The position numbers and the translations under genes are program-made. DNA of 64,000 bases from a virus (Duplodnaviria; Caudoviricetes): IMG/VR virus record IMGVR_UViG_3300031555_004891; one strand, given 5' to 3'. Shown one piece after another: positions 47,682-57,513 of this stretch. Under the pieces are notes generated by a model, which had not been told where the DNA came from, ran no database searches, and saw only the letters and a list, made by a program, of their open reading frames with translations. Numbering within the stretch: the first letter of the stretch is position 1; every line of letters starts with the position of its first letter.

Positions 47682-48506
47682 ATGCTGGATGAGTACAGAC
47701 GTTTATATGAAAACAAAGCAGATAGTATTTTAAAAGAAGATTGGAGGAAAGCTGATAAAAGTTATTTATTTTTTAAACATTTAGAACACGAAAAAGATGA
47801 TGCATTATTATCAGAAGGATATTTAGCTGCAGTTATAGCTAGATACTGGAATTTAATTAACTCATATTATGCTAGAGGAAGAGGGGCTTATGATGCAGAG
47901 ACCTGCTATGAGTGGCTTATACATTGCATCCAATACGCAAAAGATCATAAGCCATGGGCTAAAGGTGGAAATCTAGAAGGTCAACATAATGCTCCCGATA
48001 AATGCATAAATATTTATATGAGTAGTATGAGACAAGGTTTCTATCAATGGAGTAATGCTAAAAAGCGTGCTGATTACTTTACACAAACCACCAGCTTAAA
48101 CAAAATGACAGAAGAAACTGGTGATGCAAATTTACCTATAGTAGATGATACCAAAGCTCTTGATGAGTATTTAGATATTAAGAACTTAGTCGTGAAAGAA
48201 TTTAAGAGTAAAAATTATATGAGCTCATTTCTTATCGATGGTATTGTAAACACTGCTTGCATTGATACGATAAAAGAGAAAAATGATCCATACATATATA
48301 CTCAGTTTAATAGAAAGAAGCTTTCTAGACATATAAGAAGTATGGATGATGATTATTGTAGCAGCTTTTCTAAGCAATATGAGTTACCTAGTGAAGAAGT
48401 TTTGTTAGCTAGAGATGAGTGTAAGAAAGTATCTTCTACAAAAATTTATAATTTGCTTAACAATACTTTAACAAAATTATCAAAAAATTTACTCGTCAAA
48501 AATTGA
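47682..48506 (+). CDS. Putative phage sigma-factor-like protein
   Basis: The segment CYEWLIHCIQY...NAKKR...SLN loosely resembles sigma region 2 and T4 gp55. Function is inferred. Confidence 0.45.
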   Translation: MLDEYRRLYENKADSILKEDWRKADKSYLFFKHLEHEKDDALLSEGYLAAVIARYWNLINSYYARGRGAYDAETCYEWLIHCIQYAKDHKPWAKGGNLEGQHNAPDKCINIYMSSMRQGFYQWSNAKKRADYFTQTTSLNKMTEETGDANLPIVDDTKALDEYLDIKNLVVKEFKSKNYMSSFLIDGIVNTACIDTIKEKNDPYIYTQFNRKKLSRHIRSMDDDYCSSFSKQYELPSEEVLLARDECKKVSSTKIYNLLNNTLTKLSKNLLVKN

Positions 48507-48518
48507 TTTTTGACGAGT
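48491..48518 (+). terminator. Hairpin / terminator
   Basis: ACTCGTCAAAAA-TTGA-TTTTTGACGAGT. Confidence 0.6.
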
Positions 48519-48551
48519 CTGTTCTGTATAAGATGTAAAAGGAGTATTTAG

Positions 48552-49286
48552 ATGCTTATAGATTTGTTATCAACAGATAATCTTGCAAATTATAATGTTA
48601 AGATAGCTCAGGTAATGGGCTTGCATACCGCTATTTATGTTAATGAGCTTATAAATATAAGTAATAAAGCTACGTAGAAAAATAAGCTTATAGTAGATAA
48701 ATTTTTCATTTTAGATCGAAGATACATCACAAAGCGAACAACCTTAGAGTTGGAAGAGCAATTAGCTATAGATAATAAATTAATGAAAGTAGATGTTATG
48801 CAAAAACCTGCTGGTGAGGTAGATAACATCTATATTGATATAGATAAACTTGCTAGTATGATTTCATCAGATGATAAGCAATTTTTAGATTCTGTCACAA
48901 AAAAGACTAAAGTAAAAACAACAGTTTTACCTGGTATGAAACAGACAATAAAACAAAAGCAAGCGTCTGAGATGAAATCTTATATAACAGTTACTTTCCC
49001 AGAATTGAAAGAAGCTTTCGAAAGTTGGGTAGATGGGGTGCTTGCTAATCCGAAAGGTTTCTTATCTAAGAAAGCAGTGAGCTTATTTCAACGAGATGTT
49101 GATACTTTTGCTAATGGTGATTTAGATATAGCGCTTAAAGTTATTGAAATAGCTACAATAAATGGTTATAGAGACGCAAGCTGGGCTATAAATGTTTTTA
49201 ATAGAGATTATGCAAATAATTTCAGAAATAGATTTGTAAGTACAACTACTCAGAGACGAGCAGAAGTAGCTGATGAGGTGTTTTAA
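48552..49286 (+). CDS. Putative replication initiator / replisome organiser (244 aa, TAG=Gln)
   Basis: YNVKIAQVMGLHTAIYVNELI wHTH-type N-terminus; one TAG at 48675; directly upstream of the DnaC/DnaB/DnaG genes. Confidence 0.65.
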
Positions 49287-49960
49287 TGATTGAAAGCTGC
49301 TTATTTGCTGATAGATGTAATAAAATAGATTGTGATAAAGATTTTTGTGTTAAAAAGTTTAAGTTAGATTATCTTTTTGATCAAGCTTTATTATCAGAAA
49401 AACATAAGAAAGAGCTAGTTTTAAGAGTAGACGCAGATAAGAGAGATTTAGAAGCATTTAAATACTTAAAATCTATCCAAAATTCTGTAGAAAAATTTGT
49501 TGAAAATGGCGATAATCTATATATCCACTCATTGATAAGTGGTAATGGAAAAACTAGTTTTGCTATTAAAATATTAAAAGAATATTTTTATAGGATTTGG
49601 TCTAAATCAGATTTAAGATGTAGAGGTCTGTATATACATGTACCAAAATATCTTATTTCTTTGAAAGATAATATATCAGAAAAATCTGATTATGTTCAGC
49701 ATATTAAGAAAAATGCTTTAGATGCTGACTTAGTTATATTTGATGAGGTTGGTACAAAAAGCTTAACTTCTTTTGAATTTGAAAACATACTTACTATAAT
49801 AAACGCTAGATTAGATTATGGTAAAGCAAACATTTATACGTCTAACTTGACTAATGAAGAGCTTCTAGATAATTTAGGAAGCAGATTGTATAGTCGTATT
49901 GTGAACAACAGTAATGATGTTGTTTTTGTTGGTCAAGATAAGAGAGGATTATTTCAATGA
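49286..49960 (+). CDS. dnaC: DnaC/IstB-like helicase loader ATPase
   Basis: SGNGKTS, LVIFDEVG, IYTSNL, RLYSRI. Confidence 0.85.
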   Translation: MIESCLFADRCNKIDCDKDFCVKKFKLDYLFDQALLSEKHKKELVLRVDADKRDLEAFKYLKSIQNSVEKFVENGDNLYIHSLISGNGKTSFAIKILKEYFYRIWSKSDLRCRGLYIHVPKYLISLKDNISEKSDYVQHIKKNALDADLVIFDEVGTKSLTSFEFENILTIINARLDYGKANIYTSNLTNEELLDNLGSRLYSRIVNNSNDVVFVGQDKRGLFQ

Positions 49961-51234
49961 TACAATTACAAATGTTAAATTACCTGTTAAAGACCGGTGA
50001 TTCTTCTATTATAGTATTAAATAATTTAGATAAAACATTTTTTTCTGATTATCAGGAACACTTTGATTTTATAAATAACCATTTAAATACATATGGTAAA
50101 ATTCCAGATCAAATAACTTTCTTATCTAGATTTAGTGATTTTGATATAGTTGAAGTAAACGAATCTTCAAAATATTTGTTAGATGAGCTTTATAACGATA
50201 AAAACATGCGCTCTTTAGCAAAAACATTTAATCAGATAAAAGATTTGTTAAATGATAAGAAAGTCGATGAAGCTATGTCTTTATATATGAAAGCATCTGA
50301 AGAAATGACTCAAGGTATTCATCTAGATTCAGTTGATATCTTGAGAGATACATCTAGATATGATGCTTATATAGAGAGATCAGAAGATTTTGCTAAATAC
50401 TATGTTAAAACAGGCTTTAAAGAATTAGATGAAATAATCGGCGGCTGGGATAGACAAGAAGAATTAGCAACTATAATTGCACGTCCAAATGTAGGTAAGA
50501 GCTGGATATTACTTATAGTAGCTATTGCTGCAGCTAAGCAAGGTCTAACAGTAGGTTTATATTCAGGTGAAATGTCTGAAAGAAAAGTTGGCTATCGTGT
50601 AGACACATTAGTTTCACATTTATCAAATACTAAACTTATTCATGGTAATAGAGATATTCAAAATGAGTATAAGAGATTTTTAGATAGTTTATCAGAAGAA
50701 ATTCCTGGTAAAATAAAGGTAGTAACACCAACTATGCTGGGTGGTGCAGCCGGTGTAAATGCCTTAAAAGCTTTTATAGATAAAGAAAAACTTGATATTT
50801 TATGTATTGACCAACACTCATTATTGGAAGATGATAGACACGCAAAAGATCCAGTTACTAAAGCATCTAACATTTCTAGAGATCTCAAAAACTTGCAAGT
50901 CCTTAAGAAGATACCTATTATTGCTGTTTCTCAAGGTAATAGATCTATAAATGAGACTGGTCAACTGGGATTACAAAATATCGCACAATCAGATAGAATC
51001 GGTCAAGACTCAACTGTTGTATTAGGTTTAGATCAAAAAGATGGTGTTTTATCAGTACATTTACTTAAATCCAGAGATAGTGCTAACGGTAAGATTCTTA
51101 AGTATAATGTTAACTTTGATAAAGGTACGTTAGTTTATATTCCTAGCGAAGATGATGCAGCTGGTGGTAAATATTGCGAAGACTTAAATAATAGATACGA
51201 AGAAAGTCATGATATAGGGGAAGATGAGTTTTAA
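49957..51234 (+). CDS. dnaB: Replicative DnaB-like helicase
   Basis: TGFKELD, ARPNVGKS, YSGEM, AVSQGNR, IGQDS. Confidence 0.9.
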   Translation: MIQLQMLNYLLKTGDSSIIVLNNLDKTFFSDYQEHFDFINNHLNTYGKIPDQITFLSRFSDFDIVEVNESSKYLLDELYNDKNMRSLAKTFNQIKDLLNDKKVDEAMSLYMKASEEMTQGIHLDSVDILRDTSRYDAYIERSEDFAKYYVKTGFKELDEIIGGWDRQEELATIIARPNVGKSWILLIVAIAAAKQGLTVGLYSGEMSERKVGYRVDTLVSHLSNTKLIHGNRDIQNEYKRFLDSLSEEIPGKIKVVTPTMLGGAAGVNALKAFIDKEKLDILCIDQHSLLEDDRHAKDPVTKASNISRDLKNLQVLKKIPIIAVSQGNRSINETGQLGLQNIAQSDRIGQDSTVVLGLDQKDGVLSVHLLKSRDSANGKILKYNVNFDKGTLVYIPSEDDAAGGKYCEDLNNRYEESHDIGEDEF

Positions 51235-52172
51235 TGCAACTTATTATAGGTAACAAAGTAATAAACACACCTATAACAGATATACTTGAAACTTTAAGAA
51301 AGGAAACTGGTTACAGATATTTTCGAGAAATCAAATTAAAAGGAAATAATTATACTGTAACATGTCCTTTTCATAAGATGGGTCAGGAATCACACGCTAG
51401 TTGTCAAGTATTCTGCGACGAAGCTGATCCAAAAGTTGAGTATGGATATTTTCACTGCTTTACCTGCGGTGAGAATGCACATTTATATGATGTTGTAGCA
51501 CACTGCTTTAGTCAAAATGCAGACTTTGGTAAAGAATGGTTACTTGAAAGGTTCGGTAACACATTTATACAGTACGAAGAAACATTGACTGATATTATTC
51601 TTGATAAACCTAAAAAAACATTTTTAGATCCAAATATACTTGAGGAATATAATTATTATCACCCATATATGTGGAAAAGAAATCTTACAAAAGAAGTCGT
51701 AGATAAATTTCAAGTAGGTTTTGATCCAAAGACTCAATCTATAACATTTCCAGTTTGGGATCAGTTTAATAATTTAGTAATGGTGACTAAAAGGTCTGTA
51801 AATACAAAAAATTTCTTTATACCAGAAGATGTAGAGAAACCAGTTTATTTACTTAATTTTTTATTGCAAGAAAAACAAACAACAGCTTATATTTGTGAAA
51901 GTCAAATAAATGCTTTGACGCTTCAAGGTTGGGGGTATCCAGCTGTAGCATTATTTGGTACTGGATCAGAGCAACAAATGAAAATATTAAATAAATCTGG
52001 TATAAGACATTACTACTTATGTTTTGATGGTGATACGCCTGGTAATAAAGCTATAAATAGGTTTAAGAAAAATATAAGAAAAGATGTTTTAGTAGATGTT
52101 GTAAGAATACCTTTTGGAAAAGATGTCAACGATTTAACTGAAAAAGAATTTAAAAATTTAGAAATAATTTGA
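51234..52172 (+). CDS. dnaG: DNA primase (CHC2 zinc finger + Toprim)
   Basis: CPFH, HCFTC, ICES, CFDGDTPG, KDVND. Confidence 0.9.
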   Translation: MQLIIGNKVINTPITDILETLRKETGYRYFREIKLKGNNYTVTCPFHKMGQESHASCQVFCDEADPKVEYGYFHCFTCGENAHLYDVVAHCFSQNADFGKEWLLERFGNTFIQYEETLTDIILDKPKKTFLDPNILEEYNYYHPYMWKRNLTKEVVDKFQVGFDPKTQSITFPVWDQFNNLVMVTKRSVNTKNFFIPEDVEKPVYLLNFLLQEKQTTAYICESQINALTLQGWGYPAVALFGTGSEQQMKILNKSGIRHYYLCFDGDTPGNKAINRFKKNIRKDVLVDVVRIPFGKDVNDLTEKEFKNLEII

Positions 52173-52196
52173 CAAAAACTTAAATATTGATATAAT
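52169..52196 (+). promoter_or_regulatory. Sigma70-type promoter TTGACA-16-TATAAT
   Basis: Consensus -35 and -10 upstream of the SSB gene. Confidence 0.7.
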
Positions 52197-52252
52197 TAAG
52201 TTTGTATAAATAATTGAACTATAAAAAAGATATATAATTGGAGGATATTTTA

Positions 52253-53149
52253 ATGGCAAAAATGGATTGGAATACATACCAACAAAGAGCCGCTGCTATG
52301 GAAGCTGGACAACAAAGTGGTAATGGTCCTAGAGTTGGCTTTTTCGCTCTTAAAAATGATGGCGATAAAGCAGTAGTTAGAATTATGCATGATAGCCCAG
52401 AAGATTTTGATTTGGTAGCAGTGCACTCAGCAAACATTGATGGAAGATACAGAAACGTAAGCTGTCTTAGAGGTCCCAATGATCCTATGGATATGTGTCC
52501 TTTCTGTGATGCAGGTGAAAAGACCTATCTTAAGATTTATATTCACCTTATCGAATATACTAAAGACGAAAATAATCAGATTATTGCTACACCTAAGGTT
52601 TGGGAACGCACTGCATCTTATGCTAAAACTTTAGTTAATTACATGAACGAATATGGTCCCCTCTCTGATGTGATTTTTACAATTACTAGAAGCGGAGCAA
52701 AAGGTTCTAGAGATACTACATACTCTCTCATGTATGCACCTCCTCAAATTTATAGAGAAGATCTTTATGTTAAAGATACTACTCTTTTTGAAGGTTATCA
52801 AGCAACTGGTGCAGCTGTACTTGAAAAATCATATGAAGATATGCTTAAACTTCTTGATTCTCCAGCAGGACAAACTCCAGCTAATAATTATGTAGCTAAA
52901 GCAACAGCACAAGCAGCACCTAGACAAAATTATTCAGCACCGGCACCTGCAGCTAGACCTACTTATAACGAAGTTGTAAATGCAGCACCTGCAGCAGTAC
53001 CTCAATATGAAGCTCCTGCAGCACCTTCTACTCAAGAAGCACCTGCTAGAACTTATAGACAACCTACAGTTCCTGCAGAAACTAGACCTGCTTATAATGC
53101 ACCTGCAGCTGTAGATGGGTATCAAGCACGTCCTCGCAGAGTTTATTAA
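52253..53149 (+). CDS. Single-stranded DNA-binding protein (gp32-like)
   Basis: VRIM, H...C...CPFC zinc motif, FTITRSGAKG..TTY, Pro/Ala-rich tail; GGAGG RBS. Confidence 0.75.
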   Translation: MAKMDWNTYQQRAAAMEAGQQSGNGPRVGFFALKNDGDKAVVRIMHDSPEDFDLVAVHSANIDGRYRNVSCLRGPNDPMDMCPFCDAGEKTYLKIYIHLIEYTKDENNQIIATPKVWERTASYAKTLVNYMNEYGPLSDVIFTITRSGAKGSRDTTYSLMYAPPQIYREDLYVKDTTLFEGYQATGAAVLEKSYEDMLKLLDSPAGQTPANNYVAKATAQAAPRQNYSAPAPAARPTYNEVVNAAPAAVPQYEAPAAPSTQEAPARTYRQPTVPAETRPAYNAPAAVDGYQARPRRVY

Positions 53150-53173
53150 TAAATAATTTGAGGAGAAAAATCT

Positions 53174-55924
53174 ATGGTAGATTCATTGTGGGGTGATGAT
53201 TTCATTATAAAGAAAACCCCTAAAGAAGCTAAAAAGATAATTAAAAAAATATCTGAGCCAAAAGATTCTTCTTCTGTTGTAAAAAAAGCCGTAAAGTCCA
53301 AAAAACTATCCGTCCATGAAAAGTTAGCTATTATTACCGAGAATGTTAAAAAGATTCTCGGTAGATACGCTGACAACACTCAAGTGATAAGGACACGGCA
53401 AGAGTTAACTGATTATATCGACATAGCTATAAAAAATAATGTAATTGCGGTCGATACTGAAACGAATAACAGTCTTGACCCCATCACATGTAAATTGATG
53501 GGTCCCTGTTTATATACACCAGGTTTAAAGAATGCTTATGTACCATTAAATCATGTTAACCCAGATACTTTAGAAAGATTTGATTGGCAATTAACGGAAG
53601 AAGATGTAAAAGAAGAATTAAGTAGACTTACAGATACTAAAATAATAATGCACAATGGTAAGTTCGACTATTCTGTAATAAAATGCACCACAGGTGTTGA
53701 GTTAAGCATTTATTGGGATACAATGATTGGTGCAAAAGTTTTAGATGAGAATGAGAGGTCAGCTGGTTTGAAACAGCAGTATATCGAAAAGATAGATCCA
53801 TCTATTGAAAAATACTCTATAGATCACTTATTTGAAGATATAGAGTATGCGATGGTTGACCCAGAAATATTTGCTTTATATGCTGCAACAGACTCTTATA
53901 TGACTTATAAGCTTTATGAGTGGCAAAAAGATAAATTTGAGATACCTGGTCACCAGCGTTTATATAGCCTTTTTAGAAATGTAGAGATTCCTGTAATAAT
54001 TCCTATAGCTGAAATGGAAATGACTGGTGTAGAAGTAGATCAAGAATATGCTGAGTTGTTAAGTAAAAAGTATCATAAGAAATTAGATACAATCGATCTT
54101 AAAATAGCTGCAGAGTTAGCTACATTAAAAGATAAAATAGCTGAGTGGCGTTTAACAGAAGATGCTAATTTCCACCCGATAGCAACAAAACCTAACAAAT
54201 ATGGTGAGTATTTAGAGCAAAAATCTAAATCAGAGCAATTAGAAGATCCTATAAACTTAGCCAGTCCAACACAGTTAGCTATATTATTCTATGATATATT
54301 AAAATGTCCACCTGTAGATAAAAAGAAACCTAGAGGAACAGGTGAAGCAGAATTAAAAGCTATAGAGCAGAAATTAAAACTTCCTATTTGTAGCCTTTTA
54401 GTAGAAAGACGTGAATGGGTAAAATTGATAACTACTTACATAGACGTAATTCCGGAACTAGCAAAAAGATGGCCTGATGGTAGAGTTCGTACTCACTTTA
54501 ACCAATACGGGGCAGCTACGGGTCGTATGAGTTCGAGTGATCCGCTGAACCTGTAGAATATACCATCACATAATAAAGAAATCCGTATGTTATTTAGAGC
54601 TGCTGATAATTGTGTATTAGTTGGTAGCGACTTCAGTTTATAAATCTGTTGGCTGAAGTAAAACTTACTTAAACGGGGAACTCTCATTGAGACAATCCCG
54701 TGCCAAATCAATCTTAAGATTGATAGTGCGTAGAGACTATCGAAAAGGTAGGCGTAAGCTGAGTAACTGAGTAGAGTAGGCTTCAAGCGAAGTCGAAACA
54801 GTAAGCAACTAAAAAGTTGAAGAGTTAGTCCGACACTTCTAGTGATAGAAGAGAGGTGTAGCGAGCCTCAAAACAAGAAGCAACAAGAACCTAGATTACT
54901 CTCACAATACTCAGGTGATGAGAATATGATTAATGCTTATAAAGCAGGTAAAGACCTTTATGCTACTATTGCCTGTGGTGTATATAAAAATACGTATTGG
55001 GATAACATGGAGCATTGGGAAGATGGATCACCTAATCCTGAAGGTAAGAAACGTAGAGGTAATTGTAAGAGCTTACTTTTGGGGATAATGTATGGACGTG
55101 GTGTAGCTTCTATAGCTGAACAAATTAAAGGTACAGTAGAAGAAGCACAAAAAATTATCGATGATTTTTACACTGGATTTCCAAAAGTAAAAGAATGGAC
55201 TGATAAAACTCAAGCAGATGCTAAAAAGACTGGTTATGTAGAAGATTTATGGGGTAGAAGACGTAGACTTACAGATCTTATGCTTCCTAAATATACTATT
55301 AAAGACCTTAATGCTGCTAAACTTGATTTTAATCCTATCTTACACGCAGAAGGAAAGTTCTCGAAAAAAGAAAATCCTTCTATACAGAAATATAAAGCAG
55401 CACTTGAAAAAGTTCGCGGTAGAAAAGAATATGAAAAGCTAAAAGAGCAAGCATTGAAAGAAAATATAGAATTGCATGATAACACAGGTTTTATAGCTCA
55501 GGCTGAGAGACAATGTGTTAATGCTAGAATTCAGGGTGGTGCTGCTTCCATGACTAAAGTAGCTGTTATAAAGCTGTATAATGATAAAATTCTCAGAGAT
55601 TTAGGATTTAAGTTAAATATAGCCGTGCATGATGAGTTAATTGGTGAGTGCCCTAAAGAAAATGCAGATGCAGTAGCTGATAGACTTTGTGCTATAATGA
55701 AAGGTGCTGCTGAAGACGTTTGTGATGTACCATTTAAATGTGACCCTACAGTTGAGCATTGTTGGTATTTCTCAGATTTCTGCGATACTGTTCAAAAAGA
55801 ATTTAAAGAAGTTTTGAAAAAGTATAATAATGATTGGAATTCAGCATTTAATTATATGGTAGAAACTCATGAAGAATCAACAATTGATCAATTACATGAG
55901 CTTTTAGATGAAATAGCTGTATAA
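53174..55924 (+). CDS. polA: Family A DNA polymerase, join(53174..54637,54881..55924), 835 aa, TAG=Gln
   Basis: Exonuclease motifs DTET, HNGKFD, YAATD. TGRMSSSDPLNL-Q(TAG)-NIP. Motif A DFS^QQEPR is restored on splicing; motif B KSLLLGIMYG; motif C VHDE. Confidence 0.92.
54638..54880 (+). mobile_element. Group I intron (IA-like, 243 nt, no ORF)
   Basis: The 5' exon ends in U and pairs with GCTGAAGT (54652-54659, P1). TGTTG pairs with 3' exon CAACA (P10). P3 CTTACT/AGTAAG, P7 GACTA/TAGTC, terminal G. An in-frame TAA is present if unspliced. Confidence 0.88.
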
Positions 55925-55934
55925 ATAAATAACA

Positions 55935-55988
55935 ATGCGAAGTTCACACTCGAATATCCTTCGCATAATAAAATAAAACTTTAAGGAG
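55935..55988 (+). promoter_or_regulatory. preQ1-I-like riboswitch
   Basis: Stem ATGCGAAG/CTTCGCAT, loop starting UUC and ending AUC, A-rich tail ending AAAACU next to the SD AAGGAG. Directly upstream of a VUT-family transporter. Confidence 0.7.
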
Positions 55989-55997
55989 ATTTTTAAA

Positions 55998-56777
55998 ATG
56001 AGTAAAGTAAAAAATTGGTTTAAGTAGGAATGGAATGAGATCAAAACACTTTTAAGTAATGTTAACCCTTTAGTTATGACCTTTTTTATTCTAGGTGTTG
56101 TGGCTATGAATTTGCTAGCTAATAAGTCTATTGATTTAAGTTTTCTTCCTGGAAATGATGTTAATAACGGTGAGTTTGGTTGGTTAGCTTTAGATTGTGG
56201 CTTTTTAATCTCATGGTTATGCTTTTTTTCAATGGACAATATAGCTAGACGTTTCGGTCCTAAAGCATCAACCCAAATGACCATTGTTGCTATAGTTGTT
56301 AATTTAATTGTTTGTGGAATATTTCTGCTAGCTGGTATAATTCCTGGAACATGGGGTGAAAGTTATGTAGAAAATGGTGCGATTATAAATACTGCTTTAG
56401 ATAACACAATATCTGGAAGTTGGTATGTATTAATGGGATCAACTGTAGCATTTATTTGCTCAGCAATAGTACATGGGTTAGCTAGTACAGCTATAAGCAA
56501 AATCTTTAAGGATAAAGAGACACTTAAAGCATACGCAGTATGTAGTGCAGTAGGAACTAGCTTAGGCCAATTTGTAGATAATATGATTTTTGCTTTAATT
56601 GTAAGCTTAAACTTTTTTGGTTGGAATATTTTACAATGCATAATGTGTTCAATTACTGGTATGATATTTGAGTTTCTAATGAGTGTAATTTTTGTTCCTA
56701 TTGGTCATAAGATATATAAGAATGATCAAGAGCGAGCAAATAGAAAAGATGAGGTAGGATTCGAATGCGAGTTTTAA
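55998..56777 (+). CDS. yhhQ: VUT-family (YhhQ/COG1738) queuosine-precursor transporter (259 aa, TAG=Gln at codon 10)
   Basis: Multi-TM protein with MNLLANK, DNIARRFG, GSTVAF, SLGQFVDNMIF motifs. Confidence 0.8.
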
Positions 56778-57424
56778 TTACAGGAACATCTAAAGGAATA
56801 GGAAAAGCTATAGCTGAAAAATTTATTTATGAGCATGCTGATTGGGAAATCATTGGCTTTGATAGACTAGATTCTACTATAGATAAACCTAATTACAAAC
56901 ATTATAAAGTAGATGTTAGAGATGTAGAAAATTACCCAGATATTTCTAATATAAATATTATAATTAACAACGCTGGAACTCAGAATGAAGATGATATTAA
57001 CATTAACTTAAAGGGTGCGATTTCTATTACCGAGCGTTATGGAATCCAACCTGGAATTAAAAGTATCTTAATGATTGGGTCAGCGAGTGCACATACTGGT
57101 GATGAATTCCCTCAATACGTTGCTTCGAAAGGTGGTTTAATAGCTTACACAAAAAATGTAGCTAGAAGAATTGCTAAATATGGGGCAACCTGTAACAGCT
57201 TAGACTTTGGAGGTGTTTTAACCGAGTTAAATAAACCTGTTATGGAAAACAAAGAATGCTGGGATAAGATAATGGAAGTAACAGCATTAAAGCGTTGGAT
57301 GGAACCAGAAGAGACAGCTGATTGGGCTTATTTTGTTACTGTAATCAACAAAGGTATGACTGCGCAAACGCTTCTTATTGATAATGGGGAAGCTTCGATT
57401 GTAAACAATTTCCAATGGTGTTAA
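56765..57424 (+). CDS. Short-chain dehydrogenase/reductase (SDR)
   Basis: TGTSKGIG, NNAG, catalytic S and YVASK. Overlaps the transporter stop. Confidence 0.88.
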   Translation: MRVLITGTSKGIGKAIAEKFIYEHADWEIIGFDRLDSTIDKPNYKHYKVDVRDVENYPDISNINIIINNAGTQNEDDININLKGAISITERYGIQPGIKSILMIGSASAHTGDEFPQYVASKGGLIAYTKNVARRIAKYGATCNSLDFGGVLTELNKPVMENKECWDKIMEVTALKRWMEPEETADWAYFVTVINKGMTAQTLLIDNGEASIVNNFQWC

Positions 57425-57431
57425 AAAAATT

Positions 57432-57482
57432 AGTCAACTAGGTTAAAATCTAGTTGACTTTTCTTTTCAAATTTATTATAAT
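57432..57482 (+). promoter_or_regulatory. Terminator hairpin fused to a sigma70-type promoter (TTGACT-17-TATAAT)
   Basis: AGTCAACTAG/CTAGTTGACT hairpin; -35 at 57454-57459, -10 at 57477-57482. Confidence 0.75.
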
Positions 57483-57513
57483 ATATGTATACTAATAAAA
57501 TGTGAGGTACCGC

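Noticed and set aside
54842-54880. PolA as two separate genes, the second starting at GTG 54842
   Set aside because: This stretch is the 3' end of the group I intron; splicing restores the continuous DFSQQEPR motif.
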